A stretch of DNA of 32,000 bases. Origin: Gemmata obscuriglobus. Lineage in GTDB: Bacteria > Planctomycetota > Planctomycetia > Gemmatales > Gemmataceae. A program made the position numbers and the translations under genes. The DNA is taken from NCBI RefSeq assembly GCF_008065095.1, contig NZ_CP042911.1, forward strand, positions 4,440,001 through 4,472,000, in the 5' to 3' direction. Under the pieces are notes generated by a model that had not been told where the DNA came from, made no database searches, and saw only the letters and a program-made list of their open reading frames with translations. Positions 23,642 through 32,000 of this stretch are shown piece after piece (position 1 is the first letter of the stretch; every line of letters starts with the position of its first letter).

Positions 23642-24774
23642 AGCGGACCGACGGAGCCGGCGGGCTCGCGCTCCAGTTCACGCCCTCCGGGATCACCTGG
23701 CTGGCCGTGTCGCTGGGGGTCGGCGCGGTTGCGTGGTTCAAGAGCATCAACCTCGTGCTGATCGTGGTGTACGTGATGCTCGCGCTGGTCGTGTTGAACG
23801 GGGCGCTGGCGCGGCGCAATGTGGTCGGCGTGAGGGCACGCCGCCTGGCCGCACCCCCATTGTTCGCCGGGGAGCGATCCGAGCACGGGGTTCGTATCAC
23901 CAACGAGGGGCGCGCGCCTGTGACGGTGACGGTCGAGGACCGCACGCCCGCGGGGAGCGTAACGTTCCTGGGATACCGCGTGCCGCCGGGCGGCGCTCTC
24001 GACTGCAAGGCGTCGGGCGAGTTTCCCACCCGTGGTCGGTTCGCCGGGCCGCTGACACTGGTGTCGAGCTTCCCGTTCGGGTTCGTCTCCTACCAGCGCC
24101 AGACTGACAGCGGCGGGGAGATCGTCGTGCTCCCGCGCCCGGGGCAGGCCGACCCGGACGGGTTGCGTCGCTGGGTGGCGCGCCAAGCCGGCGGCGAGGG
24201 CCGTGCTCGCAAACTGCTGCGCCGCGTCACCACGGACCGCGCTGAAGTGCGCGGGGTCCGCACGTACCGTGCCGGGGACCCGATCCGGGACATCCATTGG
24301 CTCACGACCGCGCGTCGCGGGGAGCCGATGGTGCGCGAGTACGACACCGCACCGTCGCCGGAACTGGTCTTGGTGGTCGAGCCGTGGCTACCCGCCGAAC
24401 CGACCCCGCAGGACTGTGAGCGACTGGAGGCCGCGCTGAGCTTAGCGGTTACAGTCGCGGCGACCTGGCGCCGCGCGTTCGACAGCCCGATCATGGTCGC
24501 CGTACCCGGTCACGCGGTCGCGTCGGCCAGCGCTGAGGAAGACCTGCGCGAGGCCCTGACGCCGCTAGCCGACGCGCCGGGCGGGCCGGCCCACGAACCG
24601 CTCCCGGCCGCCGCATTCGCCGGGCGACTTGCGCGGGGCGCCCGAGTGGTCGTAAGCAGCCGGCCTAACAGCCCGTTCTCCGCCGCACTGGCACGCGAAA
24701 CGGGCAAGCCGTTTGCGACGGTGTGCCCGCAGGACCGGCTCCCGTGGTACCAACCGCCGGCCGCCCAGAGCTGA
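23638..24774 (+). CDS. DUF58 domain protein (MoxR partner)
   Basis: ATG at 23638 overlaps the MoxR stop (ATGA). It has two N-terminal TM helices. The DUF58 signature is VRTYRAGDPIRDIHWLTTARRGEPMVREYD. Confidence 0.92.
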   Translation: MKRTDGAGGLALQFTPSGITWLAVSLGVGAVAWFKSINLVLIVVYVMLALVVLNGALARRNVVGVRARRLAAPPLFAGERSEHGVRITNEGRAPVTVTVEDRTPAGSVTFLGYRVPPGGALDCKASGEFPTRGRFAGPLTLVSSFPFGFVSYQRQTDSGGEIVVLPRPGQADPDGLRRWVARQAGGEGRARKLLRRVTTDRAEVRGVRTYRAGDPIRDIHWLTTARRGEPMVREYDTAPSPELVLVVEPWLPAEPTPQDCERLEAALSLAVTVAATWRRAFDSPIMVAVPGHAVASASAEEDLREALTPLADAPGGPAHEPLPAAAFAGRLARGARVVVSSRPNSPFSAALARETGKPFATVCPQDRLPWYQPPAAQS

Positions 24775-24827
24775 AACTGCGGTCAGGAGCTTTCGGGAGC
24801 CGCTGAGCAGACCGGAGAACCGACGCT

Positions 24828-27116
24828 ATGCCGACCGAAGCCACGTTCCGGTTCAGCACCTACCTGACGCTCGCGCTCGCGTGTGCCGCGGTCGGGTATG
24901 CACAGGCGCCGATGCTGCCGGAGGCGGCCGTGTTTGCGGGGCTGGCGGTCGGAGCGCTCGTCGCACTCTATTTCGTCGAATCGCGGTACGCGCTGCTTTC
25001 AATCCCCGCGGCGAACCGGCTCGGCGGGATCGTCGGGGCCGCGTTTCTGGCGTGGGTCGGATACCGAGTGAAACGCGAGATCGACACCGGGGAGTTTGCG
25101 CACCTCGGCTGGCCCATGCTGTTCGTCGCGATGTGCGGTCCGCTGGTGCTGATGCTGCTGGCGGCTAAGGCGGCTCGGGGTGAGAAGCACGCCGGCGACT
25201 ACTGGACCCTGCACGGGACCGCGCTGGCGGGGATCGGGCTGGCCGCCGCGTTCGCTGACGAGGCGCTGTGCTTCGTGCTGCTCGGCCTGTACCTCGTGGC
25301 TGCCGTTTGGAGCCTCACTCTGTTCCACCTCGCCCGGTCCGCCGGGCACGTGCGCCCGGTCCCCTCGCCGGACGCGCCGGCCCCCCGCACCGCCGCCGCG
25401 AGCGGGGACCCGCACGGTTCGCGCACCGGCTTTCGCTCGGCGCTGTTGTCGGCGGCGGTTGCTGGCGCTGTTGCGCTGCCCCTGTACCTTCTCACGCCGC
25501 GGTCCACTGCGGCCAAAGCGGAGTTCGGCACCGCATCCGCCGAAATCGGCTATTCGGCCGACCAGATGGTAGACCTCAAGACCACCGGGACACTCAAGCC
25601 GAGCAACGAAACGGCGTTCGAGGTGGTCGCCACGTACCCCGACGGGACCCCGAAAAACGACATCCGACCGGATCAGCGGTGGCGCGGTCGCACGCACCAT
25701 CAGTACAGCGGGGGGGCCTGGAACCGGGACGCCGCGGTGCTCCCCACCATCGCCCCGCGGGCAAAGGTCCCGCTGCGCGAGGCGGGCGAATGGAATCCGC
25801 CCGCCCTCGGTCAGGGTCAGTACCGACTCGAGTTCGCGCTCCCGCCGCGACCGGAGGCGCACTTCGTCGCCGATCCTGTGCTGTGGGTACCGGATGAGCC
25901 GCCTCCGCTCGCGGGATACAACGAAGACCATCCGCAACCCTGGACCCCGGGGTACGACGGCACGTTCTTTTGGGAGCCGATCCAGTCTCTGCGCCGGCGG
26001 CCCTTGCGGTACGTTCAGGCGTACGCTCCACGTTCCGACCCGGACCTCGGCCCGGGCTTTCAGTTGGAATCGCACCTGTACAACGACGCTCGCGACCAGC
26101 TTCGCATCAACCCCCTGGAGCGGGTCAAGGAGTACACCGATGCCCTGATCGCGCGGATGGTCGCGGACGGTACCTTGCCCGCCGGGTGGCGCGACGCGCA
26201 GGTGTTACTTAACCGTCGCACTCTGCTGCCCCGCGAGGAGCACCACGAGCGCCTGGCTCGCGCATTGTGCACGCACCTCGCCACCAGTCCTGAGTTCCGT
26301 TACACGCTGGAGTTGAAGCGAGAGCAGCCGAAGTTAGACCCGGTCGAGGAGTTCCTGCTCCATTCGAAGTCCGGGCACTGCCAGCGGTTCGCCACGGCAC
26401 TCGTGCTGATGCTCCGCTCCCAGGGTATTCCGGCGGTGTACGTCCGGGGGTTCAAGGGGTGCGAGCACCTCGGGGACGGCCGGTACGCGGTAAAACAGGA
26501 GCAGGCGCATGCTTGGGCCGAGGCGCTGGTGGAAGTTGTGGACGGTCCGGTCCGCCGGTCCCACTGGCTGAGTTTGGATCCCACGCCGGACGGAAGCGCT
26601 GCGGGCAGTGACGCCGGCGGTCCGTGGTGGCGGGCGACGAACAACCACATCGGCGCGTGGTTCCGGCACCACGTCGTGAACTACACGGCCGAGCAGCGGC
26701 GAAAGGACCTCGCCGCGCTGGCGGAAACCGCCACCCGTCCCGAGTTTCTGGTCGCCTTAGTCATCATTGTGGTGCTGGTTGTGGGCGCGACGGTGGCGTA
26801 CCGGCGGGCGCGGCGGCCCGCACCACTCCGGGAACTCGACGGACGTGTTCGGTGGTTCGGCGAACTGGTGGCCGTCTTGTCCGCACACGGGTTCGTACCG
26901 GAGCGTGGCGAAACGCTGCTCGAATACGCGACCCGGGCCGCCGCGGGGGTCGGCTCTCGACCCGGATGTGTGGCGGTCGCACACATTCCCGTGACGTGGG
27001 CCGAGTCGTACTATCAAGAGCGGTTCGGCAACGTCCCGCCGTCCGACGCACGCCGCACCGAACGGGCCGCCGATCTGGAATCGCTGCGCCGCGCTCTGGA
27101 GTCGTCCCGCACATGA
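24828..27116 (+). CDS. TgpA-like membrane transglutaminase-domain protein
   Basis: It has an N-terminal polytopic region. The transglutaminase core has Cys in SGHCQRFATALVLMLRSQGIP, His in QAHAWAEALV and Asp in WLSLDPT. A late TM helix and a C-terminal helical domain follow. Confidence 0.93.
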   Translation: MPTEATFRFSTYLTLALACAAVGYAQAPMLPEAAVFAGLAVGALVALYFVESRYALLSIPAANRLGGIVGAAFLAWVGYRVKREIDTGEFAHLGWPMLFVAMCGPLVLMLLAAKAARGEKHAGDYWTLHGTALAGIGLAAAFADEALCFVLLGLYLVAAVWSLTLFHLARSAGHVRPVPSPDAPAPRTAAASGDPHGSRTGFRSALLSAAVAGAVALPLYLLTPRSTAAKAEFGTASAEIGYSADQMVDLKTTGTLKPSNETAFEVVATYPDGTPKNDIRPDQRWRGRTHHQYSGGAWNRDAAVLPTIAPRAKVPLREAGEWNPPALGQGQYRLEFALPPRPEAHFVADPVLWVPDEPPPLAGYNEDHPQPWTPGYDGTFFWEPIQSLRRRPLRYVQAYAPRSDPDLGPGFQLESHLYNDARDQLRINPLERVKEYTDALIARMVADGTLPAGWRDAQVLLNRRTLLPREEHHERLARALCTHLATSPEFRYTLELKREQPKLDPVEEFLLHSKSGHCQRFATALVLMLRSQGIPAVYVRGFKGCEHLGDGRYAVKQEQAHAWAEALVEVVDGPVRRSHWLSLDPTPDGSAAGSDAGGPWWRATNNHIGAWFRHHVVNYTAEQRRKDLAALAETATRPEFLVALVIIVVLVVGATVAYRRARRPAPLRELDGRVRWFGELVAVLSAHGFVPERGETLLEYATRAAAGVGSRPGCVAVAHIPVTWAESYYQERFGNVPPSDARRTERAADLESLRRALESSRT

Positions 27117-27673
27117 GTACCGTGAAACGCTTGAATGCCGAAACCTCTGCCGTTGTGGTAGTCGATATCCAGGATCGGTTGCTCGCGAAGGTGCCGGGCC
27201 GCGATTCGCTCGTGCGCAACGCCGGCTTCGTGCTGGATGTGGCTGCGAAACTCGCCGTTCCGGTGCGCGCCGCCGAACAGTATCCCAAAGGGCTCGGCCC
27301 CACGACTGCCGAAATCGCCCGCCGACTGCCGTCGCCCCCTCCCGCAAAAACCTCGTTCAGTTGTTGCGGGGCAGGTACGTTCTTGGAAGAGCTCGAAATG
27401 CTCCGCCGGCCCCAGGTGGTGCTGGTGGGCATGGAAACGCACGTCTGTGTGCTGCAAACCGCTCTCGACTTCCTCCATGCGGGGCTGCACGTTTTCCTAG
27501 CGACGGACGCCTTGGCGGCCCGGAACGCGGTGGATCATGACACCGCGGTGCGGCGACTGGAACTGGCCGGCGCGGTGCCGACCACCGTCGAGGCGGTCGC
27601 GTTCGAATGGCTCCGCGACGCCGCGCACGCCCAGTTCAAGGCTGTCAGTGAACTGGTCAAGGCACGCGGGTGA
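27113..27673 (+). CDS. isochorismatase-family cysteine hydrolase
   Basis: ATG at 27113 overlaps the transglutaminase stop (ATGA). Motifs are VVVVDIQDRL and GMETHVCVLQTALD (catalytic Cys). It is the tail of track ORF 26624-27673. Confidence 0.9.
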   Translation: MSTVKRLNAETSAVVVVDIQDRLLAKVPGRDSLVRNAGFVLDVAAKLAVPVRAAEQYPKGLGPTTAEIARRLPSPPPAKTSFSCCGAGTFLEELEMLRRPQVVLVGMETHVCVLQTALDFLHAGLHVFLATDALAARNAVDHDTAVRRLELAGAVPTTVEAVAFEWLRDAAHAQFKAVSELVKARG

Positions 27674-27779
27674 GTGCGAGCAAAAGTCGCCTGATCGGTG
27701 CGGTTGTCCCCTTCACCGTGGTGCCCTCGTCCCATTTCATGACGGGGAGCAATCTTTTCCGCTGTTGTGAGCAACTCCC

Positions 27780-28958
27780 ATGGCAACTCTCCCCGGCCAG
27801 CTCTCTCCCACGCCGCGCCTGCTGCTCGGCCCTGGGCCGAGTGACGCCCACCCGCGCGTGCTGTCGGTGATGTCCACCCCGCTGCTGGGGCACCTGGACC
27901 CGCAGTTTCTTGAGATCATGACCGAAACGCAGACGATGCTGCGCGAGGTGTTTCGGACCAAGAACCAGCTCACCTTTCCGGTGTCCGCGACCGGCATGGC
28001 GGGCATGGAAACGTGCCTCGTGAACCTCATCGAGCCCGGGGATCCGGTGACGGTGTGCTGCATCGGGTATTTCGGTACGCGGATGATTGATGTCGCCGGC
28101 CGCACCGGTTGCAACCTTACGGTGAAGCACAAGCCCTGGGGCGACGTGTTCACGCTCGACGAGCTGCGTGACATCTTGAAAGAAACCCGTCCGAAGGTGC
28201 TCGCTCTGGTTCACGCCGAGACCTCGACCGGCGCCTTACAGGACATATCCGAAGTCGGCAAACTGTGCCACGAGTACGACGCGCTGCTGGTGACCGACTG
28301 CGTGACCTCGCTGGGCTGTACCCCCGTGGAACTTGACGCGTGGGAGGTGGACGCCGCGTTTAGTTGCTCGCAAAAGGGCCTGAGTTGCCCGCCGGGGATG
28401 TCGCCGATCAGCTTCAGCCCGCGGGCGGTAGACAAGCTCAAGAGCCGCAAGACCAAGGTGCAGAGCTGGTACCTGGATCTCACCTCGATTCAGAGCTATT
28501 GGGGCGGCGACCGGGCGTACCACCACACCGCACCGATCACGATGATTTACGCGCTGCGCGAGGGCCTGCGGCTGGTGCTGGAAGAGGGTTTGGAGGCGCG
28601 GTGGGCGCGGCACGTCCGCAACCACAAGGCGCTGAAGGCGGGGCTGGAAGCGCTCGGCCTAGAGTACATCGCCGCGGAAGCGCACCGGTTGCCGCAGTTG
28701 AACGCCGTCAAGATTCCGGCCGGCATCGACGATGTCGCGGGTCGGAAGAAGCTGCTGACCGAGTTCGGAATCGAGATCGGCGGCGGCCTGGGCGACTTCA
28801 AAGGGAAGGCGTGGCGCATCGGGATCATGGGCTACAACAGCCGCCCGATCTGCGTGCTGTCCGTGCTGGCGGCGATGGAGCACGTGCTCCGCGCGTTCGG
28901 GGCGAAGGTTACCCCGGGCAGCGGCGTAGCTGCCGCCGAAGCCATTTACGCCGCGTGA
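27780..28958 (+). CDS. class V pyridoxal-phosphate aminotransferase (alanine-glyoxylate / serine-pyruvate type)
   Basis: The N-terminus is LLLGPGPSDAHPRVL. The PLP-lysine context is FSCSQKGLSCPPGMSPISFS. The protein is about 390 aa overall. Confidence 0.93.
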   Translation: MATLPGQLSPTPRLLLGPGPSDAHPRVLSVMSTPLLGHLDPQFLEIMTETQTMLREVFRTKNQLTFPVSATGMAGMETCLVNLIEPGDPVTVCCIGYFGTRMIDVAGRTGCNLTVKHKPWGDVFTLDELRDILKETRPKVLALVHAETSTGALQDISEVGKLCHEYDALLVTDCVTSLGCTPVELDAWEVDAAFSCSQKGLSCPPGMSPISFSPRAVDKLKSRKTKVQSWYLDLTSIQSYWGGDRAYHHTAPITMIYALREGLRLVLEEGLEARWARHVRNHKALKAGLEALGLEYIAAEAHRLPQLNAVKIPAGIDDVAGRKKLLTEFGIEIGGGLGDFKGKAWRIGIMGYNSRPICVLSVLAAMEHVLRAFGAKVTPGSGVAAAEAIYAA

Positions 28959-29045
28959 AGTCAGCGCCGCAGAGTAGCGCGGTGTTGCCGCAGCCTGAGC
29001 GCCGCGTAAGCGTCGTGAACAGCAAGGGCCGGGCTTGGGTTCGGC

Positions 29046-30434
29046 TCAATAGCGCGTTTCGAGCCCGATCGTGAGCCCCTGTACCCATGCGTCCGAACGG
29101 TTAATTACTCGGGTCGGGCGGTCGGCCGTGAATACTGGGCCGATTCCGTTCATCAATGGAATGTTTGCCGGGTTTATTGTCCGGTCGATCTGGTCTCCTG
29201 GTCGCACCGCATCGCTCAGGTAGATAAAGCTGTAGCCGAGGTAAAGGCGGGCCGAGTCGCCGACCCGAAACCCCAGCTTCACGGTCCCCTCCGGGACAAC
29301 CGCGAACACTCCGTTGGAGGTGCGCCCGAAGTTGGACGGCTGAACGTAGATCCCGCTCCCACCGAACGCCCGGGTCGCTATCCCACCGAACACCGGCGTC
29401 TGGATGACGTTCATCCCTTCCGTTTTCACCACCTCGTAGTTCTGTCCGAACGCCACTTTTGCTGTTAGTTCGCAGAACACGATCCCGCGTCGCGCGTCCG
29501 CGTGCAGGCCGAGCTGTCCCCCGTGGAACCGGTTGTGTGCGTCGAACTGGTCGGCGGTGCGCCACGTGCCCGGAAGGTCCACGAATCGCAGTTGCGTCTG
29601 CTCGATGCGCAGCCCTTCATGAAGTTGGAAGTAACGCCACCCGGCGAGTCCGTTCAGCTTGAAGTTCTTCTCGTTCACGAGGTTCGCAACCGTGTTAACC
29701 TCCCACCCTTGCACCCGCGTCGAGGTTGAAACACTCATGGCAGAAGAACTGATGCCGGGAAGCGCGAGCGTCAGAAACTCGTTGCTACCGGTCACGCTGT
29801 TGACGTATGGCAGGCCGAACCCACGGACCCGGCTGCCGGGGAAATCCGTGACCGTCTCACGGTACGTCCGCGTACCGAGGAACATGTAGGTGACTTCGTA
29901 CCCGAAGGTTTCCGCGTTGTTGAGCGACGATCCGGTCGTGAACCGTCCGCCGGCGTGCGGTTGCGAGCCGACCGAGTTCCCGCCGATCAGCACGGACGTT
30001 GCCGGGTCGCCCACTACGGGCGGGAAGCCAGATCGAGTGCCCGCCGCGAGCGCCGGCACCGGCTGGCGCATCGGCCACCAGTAAAGGAGTTCATAGACAC
30101 TCCACTGCGGCCCGAGCGGACCCCGCGCAACAGGGGCCTCGATCGGGTTCGTTTCGAGTTTCGGCGCGGGCTCGAATTTCGCTTCCTCAATGCGGGGCGT
30201 GAGCGTCGGTAGCTCCGTGGGTACCGGCCCGACCGCAGTGAGCGGCTGTGAAACCTCCGTACCGGTCTTCAGAAACGGCTGCTCAGCGGCAGCCGGGGCC
30301 GGTGGCGCCGGGGGCAGTGGTGCCGGCGGCGGCGATTGCGGTGCGAGTGGCGGGGGCACGGGGGGCGCGATCGGCTGCGCGACCGCCGCAACCGGCGCGA
30401 GAGCGAAGACGATCACGGTCAGCACCGTGCGCAT
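29046..30434 (-). CDS. BBP7-family outer-membrane beta-barrel protein
   Basis: Signal peptide MRTVLTVIVFALAPVAAVAQ, then a Pro-rich linker, then the signature YELLYWWPMRQPVP. The body is rich in alternating beta strands and ends in an aromatic residue (...GLETRY). Confidence 0.9.
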   Translation of the reverse strand: MRTVLTVIVFALAPVAAVAQPIAPPVPPPLAPQSPPPAPLPPAPPAPAAAEQPFLKTGTEVSQPLTAVGPVPTELPTLTPRIEEAKFEPAPKLETNPIEAPVARGPLGPQWSVYELLYWWPMRQPVPALAAGTRSGFPPVVGDPATSVLIGGNSVGSQPHAGGRFTTGSSLNNAETFGYEVTYMFLGTRTYRETVTDFPGSRVRGFGLPYVNSVTGSNEFLTLALPGISSSAMSVSTSTRVQGWEVNTVANLVNEKNFKLNGLAGWRYFQLHEGLRIEQTQLRFVDLPGTWRTADQFDAHNRFHGGQLGLHADARRGIVFCELTAKVAFGQNYEVVKTEGMNVIQTPVFGGIATRAFGGSGIYVQPSNFGRTSNGVFAVVPEGTVKLGFRVGDSARLYLGYSFIYLSDAVRPGDQIDRTINPANIPLMNGIGPVFTADRPTRVINRSDAWVQGLTIGLETRY

Positions 30435-30522
30435 GCGCTGAACTCCGAAACGGGATGATCCGGTAGCTTCCTATGCCGATGCGGTAACGGCGTGTCTAGC
30501 CGAACCGGAGACCGGAGTGTCC

Positions 30523-30532
30523 GAACACCCAC
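30523..30532. repeat. left copy of the 10-bp target-site duplication GAACACCCAC
   Basis: It abuts the left IS terminal inverted repeat and is identical to 31783-31792. Confidence 0.8.
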
Positions 30533-31782
30533 CAGGGCCTTTCCTTATTTCACCTTGCTTACACGAGGGAACGTGGCTATATGGGGCGCCTTCTCGCAGC
30601 CAGGAAGGTACCCATGTCTCCTTGCACCCTGGTCGATGCCCTGGCGGCGGTTCCCGATCCCCGCAGCAAGCACGGCCTTATCCACCCACTCGCCCCCTTC
30701 CTCGGACTCGTCGCCCTCGCCATGCTCATGGGGCGCACCAGCCTCAATGGCATCGCTCGCTTCGGGCGACAGCACGGACCCGCCCTCGCCCATGCCCTCG
30801 GCTTCCGACGCGGCAAGACCCCGGCCGTTTCCACGCTCTCCCGCACCCTGCGACGCTTCGACGCCGACCAACTGGAGCACGTCCTCTCGTACTGGATCGC
30901 CAGCCGCGTCGACCCGGCCGCCTTCACACACATCTCCATCGACGGCAAGACCCTTCGAGGCTCTCGCAACGGCGCGATCCCCGGTCAGCACCTGCTGGCC
31001 GCATACGCCCCCACCGTCGGTGCCGTACTCGCCCAGGTCAAGGTCGATGCGAGCACCAACGGGCACAAGGCCGCCTTGACGCTCCTCGGCATTCTGCCGC
31101 TGCGAGGGAAGGTCGTGGTCGGCGACGCCATGTTCTGCCAGCGAGACCTGGCCGAGGAGGTGGTCGGGGCCGGCGGCGACTACGTGCTCACGGTGAAGGA
31201 CAACCAACCCGGATTGGGGATCGACATCCGAGCCGGGTTCGCCTTCGAGACCGCCGCCCGATCGATCGCGGCGGCCACTTCCCCCTGGGGATCGGCCTCC
31301 GCCCGCCCCGAGCCGCATCGCCACGACCGTCGATAAGGGTCACGGCCGCATCGAGAAGCGGACGCTGCAAACGACCTCGATTCTGACGTGCTCGCCGACG
31401 TGGGCGGGGGTGAAGCAGGGCTTCCAGTTGACGCGTGAGCGGACGGTCCGAGGCCAAACGACGGTCGAAGTGCATTTCGGCATCACGAGCCTGTCGGCCG
31501 AGAAGGCGGATGCGGCCACACTCCTGAACCATGTGCGGACGCACTGGCGCATCGAGAACGAACTGCATTACGTGCGTGACGTGACACTGGGCGAGGACGC
31601 GTGTCGTGTGCGCATGGGGCACGCACCACAGGTGCTGGCGGCGCTGCGGAACGCCGTGGTGCACCTGTGGCGTGAGGTCAAGGCGGTGAGTTGCCCGGAG
31701 GCGATCGAGCGGCTCCAGATGGACCCGGCAATGGCCAAGGGACTTATCGGAGTTACGTAGAGTGAATCAAGGAAAGGCCCTG
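30533..31782 (+). mobile_element. ISAs1-family insertion sequence (1250 bp)
   Basis: The terminal IRs are CAGGGCCTTTCCTTATTTCAC (30533-30553) and its near-complement at 31762-31782, 19/21 identical. They are flanked by a 10-bp direct repeat. The element encodes an ISAs1/H-repeat-type DDE transposase. Confidence 0.9.
30581..31760 (+). pseudogene. ISAs1-family DDE transposase split by a +1 frame change near 31275-31330
   Basis: Frame A (30581-31336) carries VPDPRSK, ISIDGKTLRGS, GDAMFCQ and GGDYVLTVKDNQ. Frame B is open from before 31200 and carries TVDKGHGRIEKRTL, then (31410-31760) HWRIENELHYVRDVTLGEDACRVR. One protein needs a frame switch. The alternative start is ATG at 30614. Confidence 0.8.
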
Positions 31783-31792
31783 GAACACCCAC
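31783..31792. repeat. right copy of the 10-bp target-site duplication GAACACCCAC
   Basis: It abuts the right IS terminal inverted repeat. It also forms the left arm of the hairpin GAACACCC-N13-GGGTGTTC (31783-31811). Confidence 0.8.
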
Positions 31793-31830
31793 TCATCACG
31801 ATTGGGTGTTCGGAACGGGTGTCCGGCGCT

Positions 31831-32000
31831 TCAAGTCGCCGTGCCGTTCCACCTGTTCACAACGGCCGTTAGCTCGGGCGGAGTCGCCTCATCGGGCAGT
31901 TCGGAGAAGTAGTGCTGCTCGATGCGCTGGATCGTCTTCTGGAGCTCGGCATTTTGCGAGGTGCTCAGCCCGCCCTGTGTTGCCACGCTCCGCAAGTACC
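31831..32000 (-). CDS. C-terminal end of a hypothetical protein (enters from right edge)
   Basis: Not in the track. A G/C3-rich frame is open from the window edge to the TGA at 31833-31831. It ends ...AELQKTIQRIEQHYFSELPDEATPPELTAVVNRWNGTAT. Confidence 0.45.
   Translation of the reverse strand, partial: YLRSVATQGGLSTSQNAELQKTIQRIEQHYFSELPDEATPPELTAVVNRWNGTAT

Noticed and set aside
31270-31336. Programmed ribosomal frameshifting in the IS transposase.
   Set aside because: To my knowledge ISAs1-family transposases are normally single ORFs. I see no slippery heptamer plus downstream structure, only a C5 run. A pseudogene or sequencing error is more parsimonious. The question is kept open in the findings.

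Overview
A 32-kb, high-G+C bacterial chromosome segment. The protein repertoire suggests Planctomycetota, Gemmata-like, but this is inference only: a BBP7-type outer-membrane barrel, an FHA-GAF-sigma54 activator, a Pro/Gly-extended ribosomal protein S1, a CPxGxCP cysteine-rich secreted protein and an ISAs1-type IS. There are four zones. (i) 1-5200 is a very G+C-rich block of short ORFan genes arranged divergently around a CTAG-palindrome-rich switch region. Four small SD-preceded genes run leftward. An RHH regulator, a tandem-AP2 DNA-binding protein, a secreted S8 subtilase and a Cys-rich secreted protein run rightward. It looks like mobile-element or prophage-derived cargo. Together with a twice-repeated structured leader element, it is my best candidate for something undescribed. 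(ii) 5456-7798 is an orphan PAS-containing chemoreceptor. It is followed by about 1.7 kb of lower-G+C, mostly non-coding-looking DNA holding one ORFan gene, a 13-bp perfect inverted repeat, helically phased GCGAAGAAT repeats and a strong terminator. (iii) 9.5-30.4 kb holds core genes: aspS, a Nudix-like gene, a DUF2007/Zn-ribbon gene coupled to an RluA-family synthase, and a five-gene minus-strand cluster (flippase-like, GT2, ArnT/PMT-like GT-C, CPBP protease, FHA-GAF-sigma54 activator). It also holds rpsA, a MoxR-DUF58-TgpA-like transglutaminase-isochorismatase chain, a class-V aminotransferase and a BBP7 barrel protein. (iv) 30533-31782 is an ISAs1-family IS with 21-bp terminal inverted repeats, a 10-bp target duplication and a frameshifted transposase, inserted into a pre-existing hairpin. 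I saw no rRNA, tRNA or CRISPR array. Many long ORFs in the track are antisense or out-of-frame shadows typical of high-G+C DNA and were not called.
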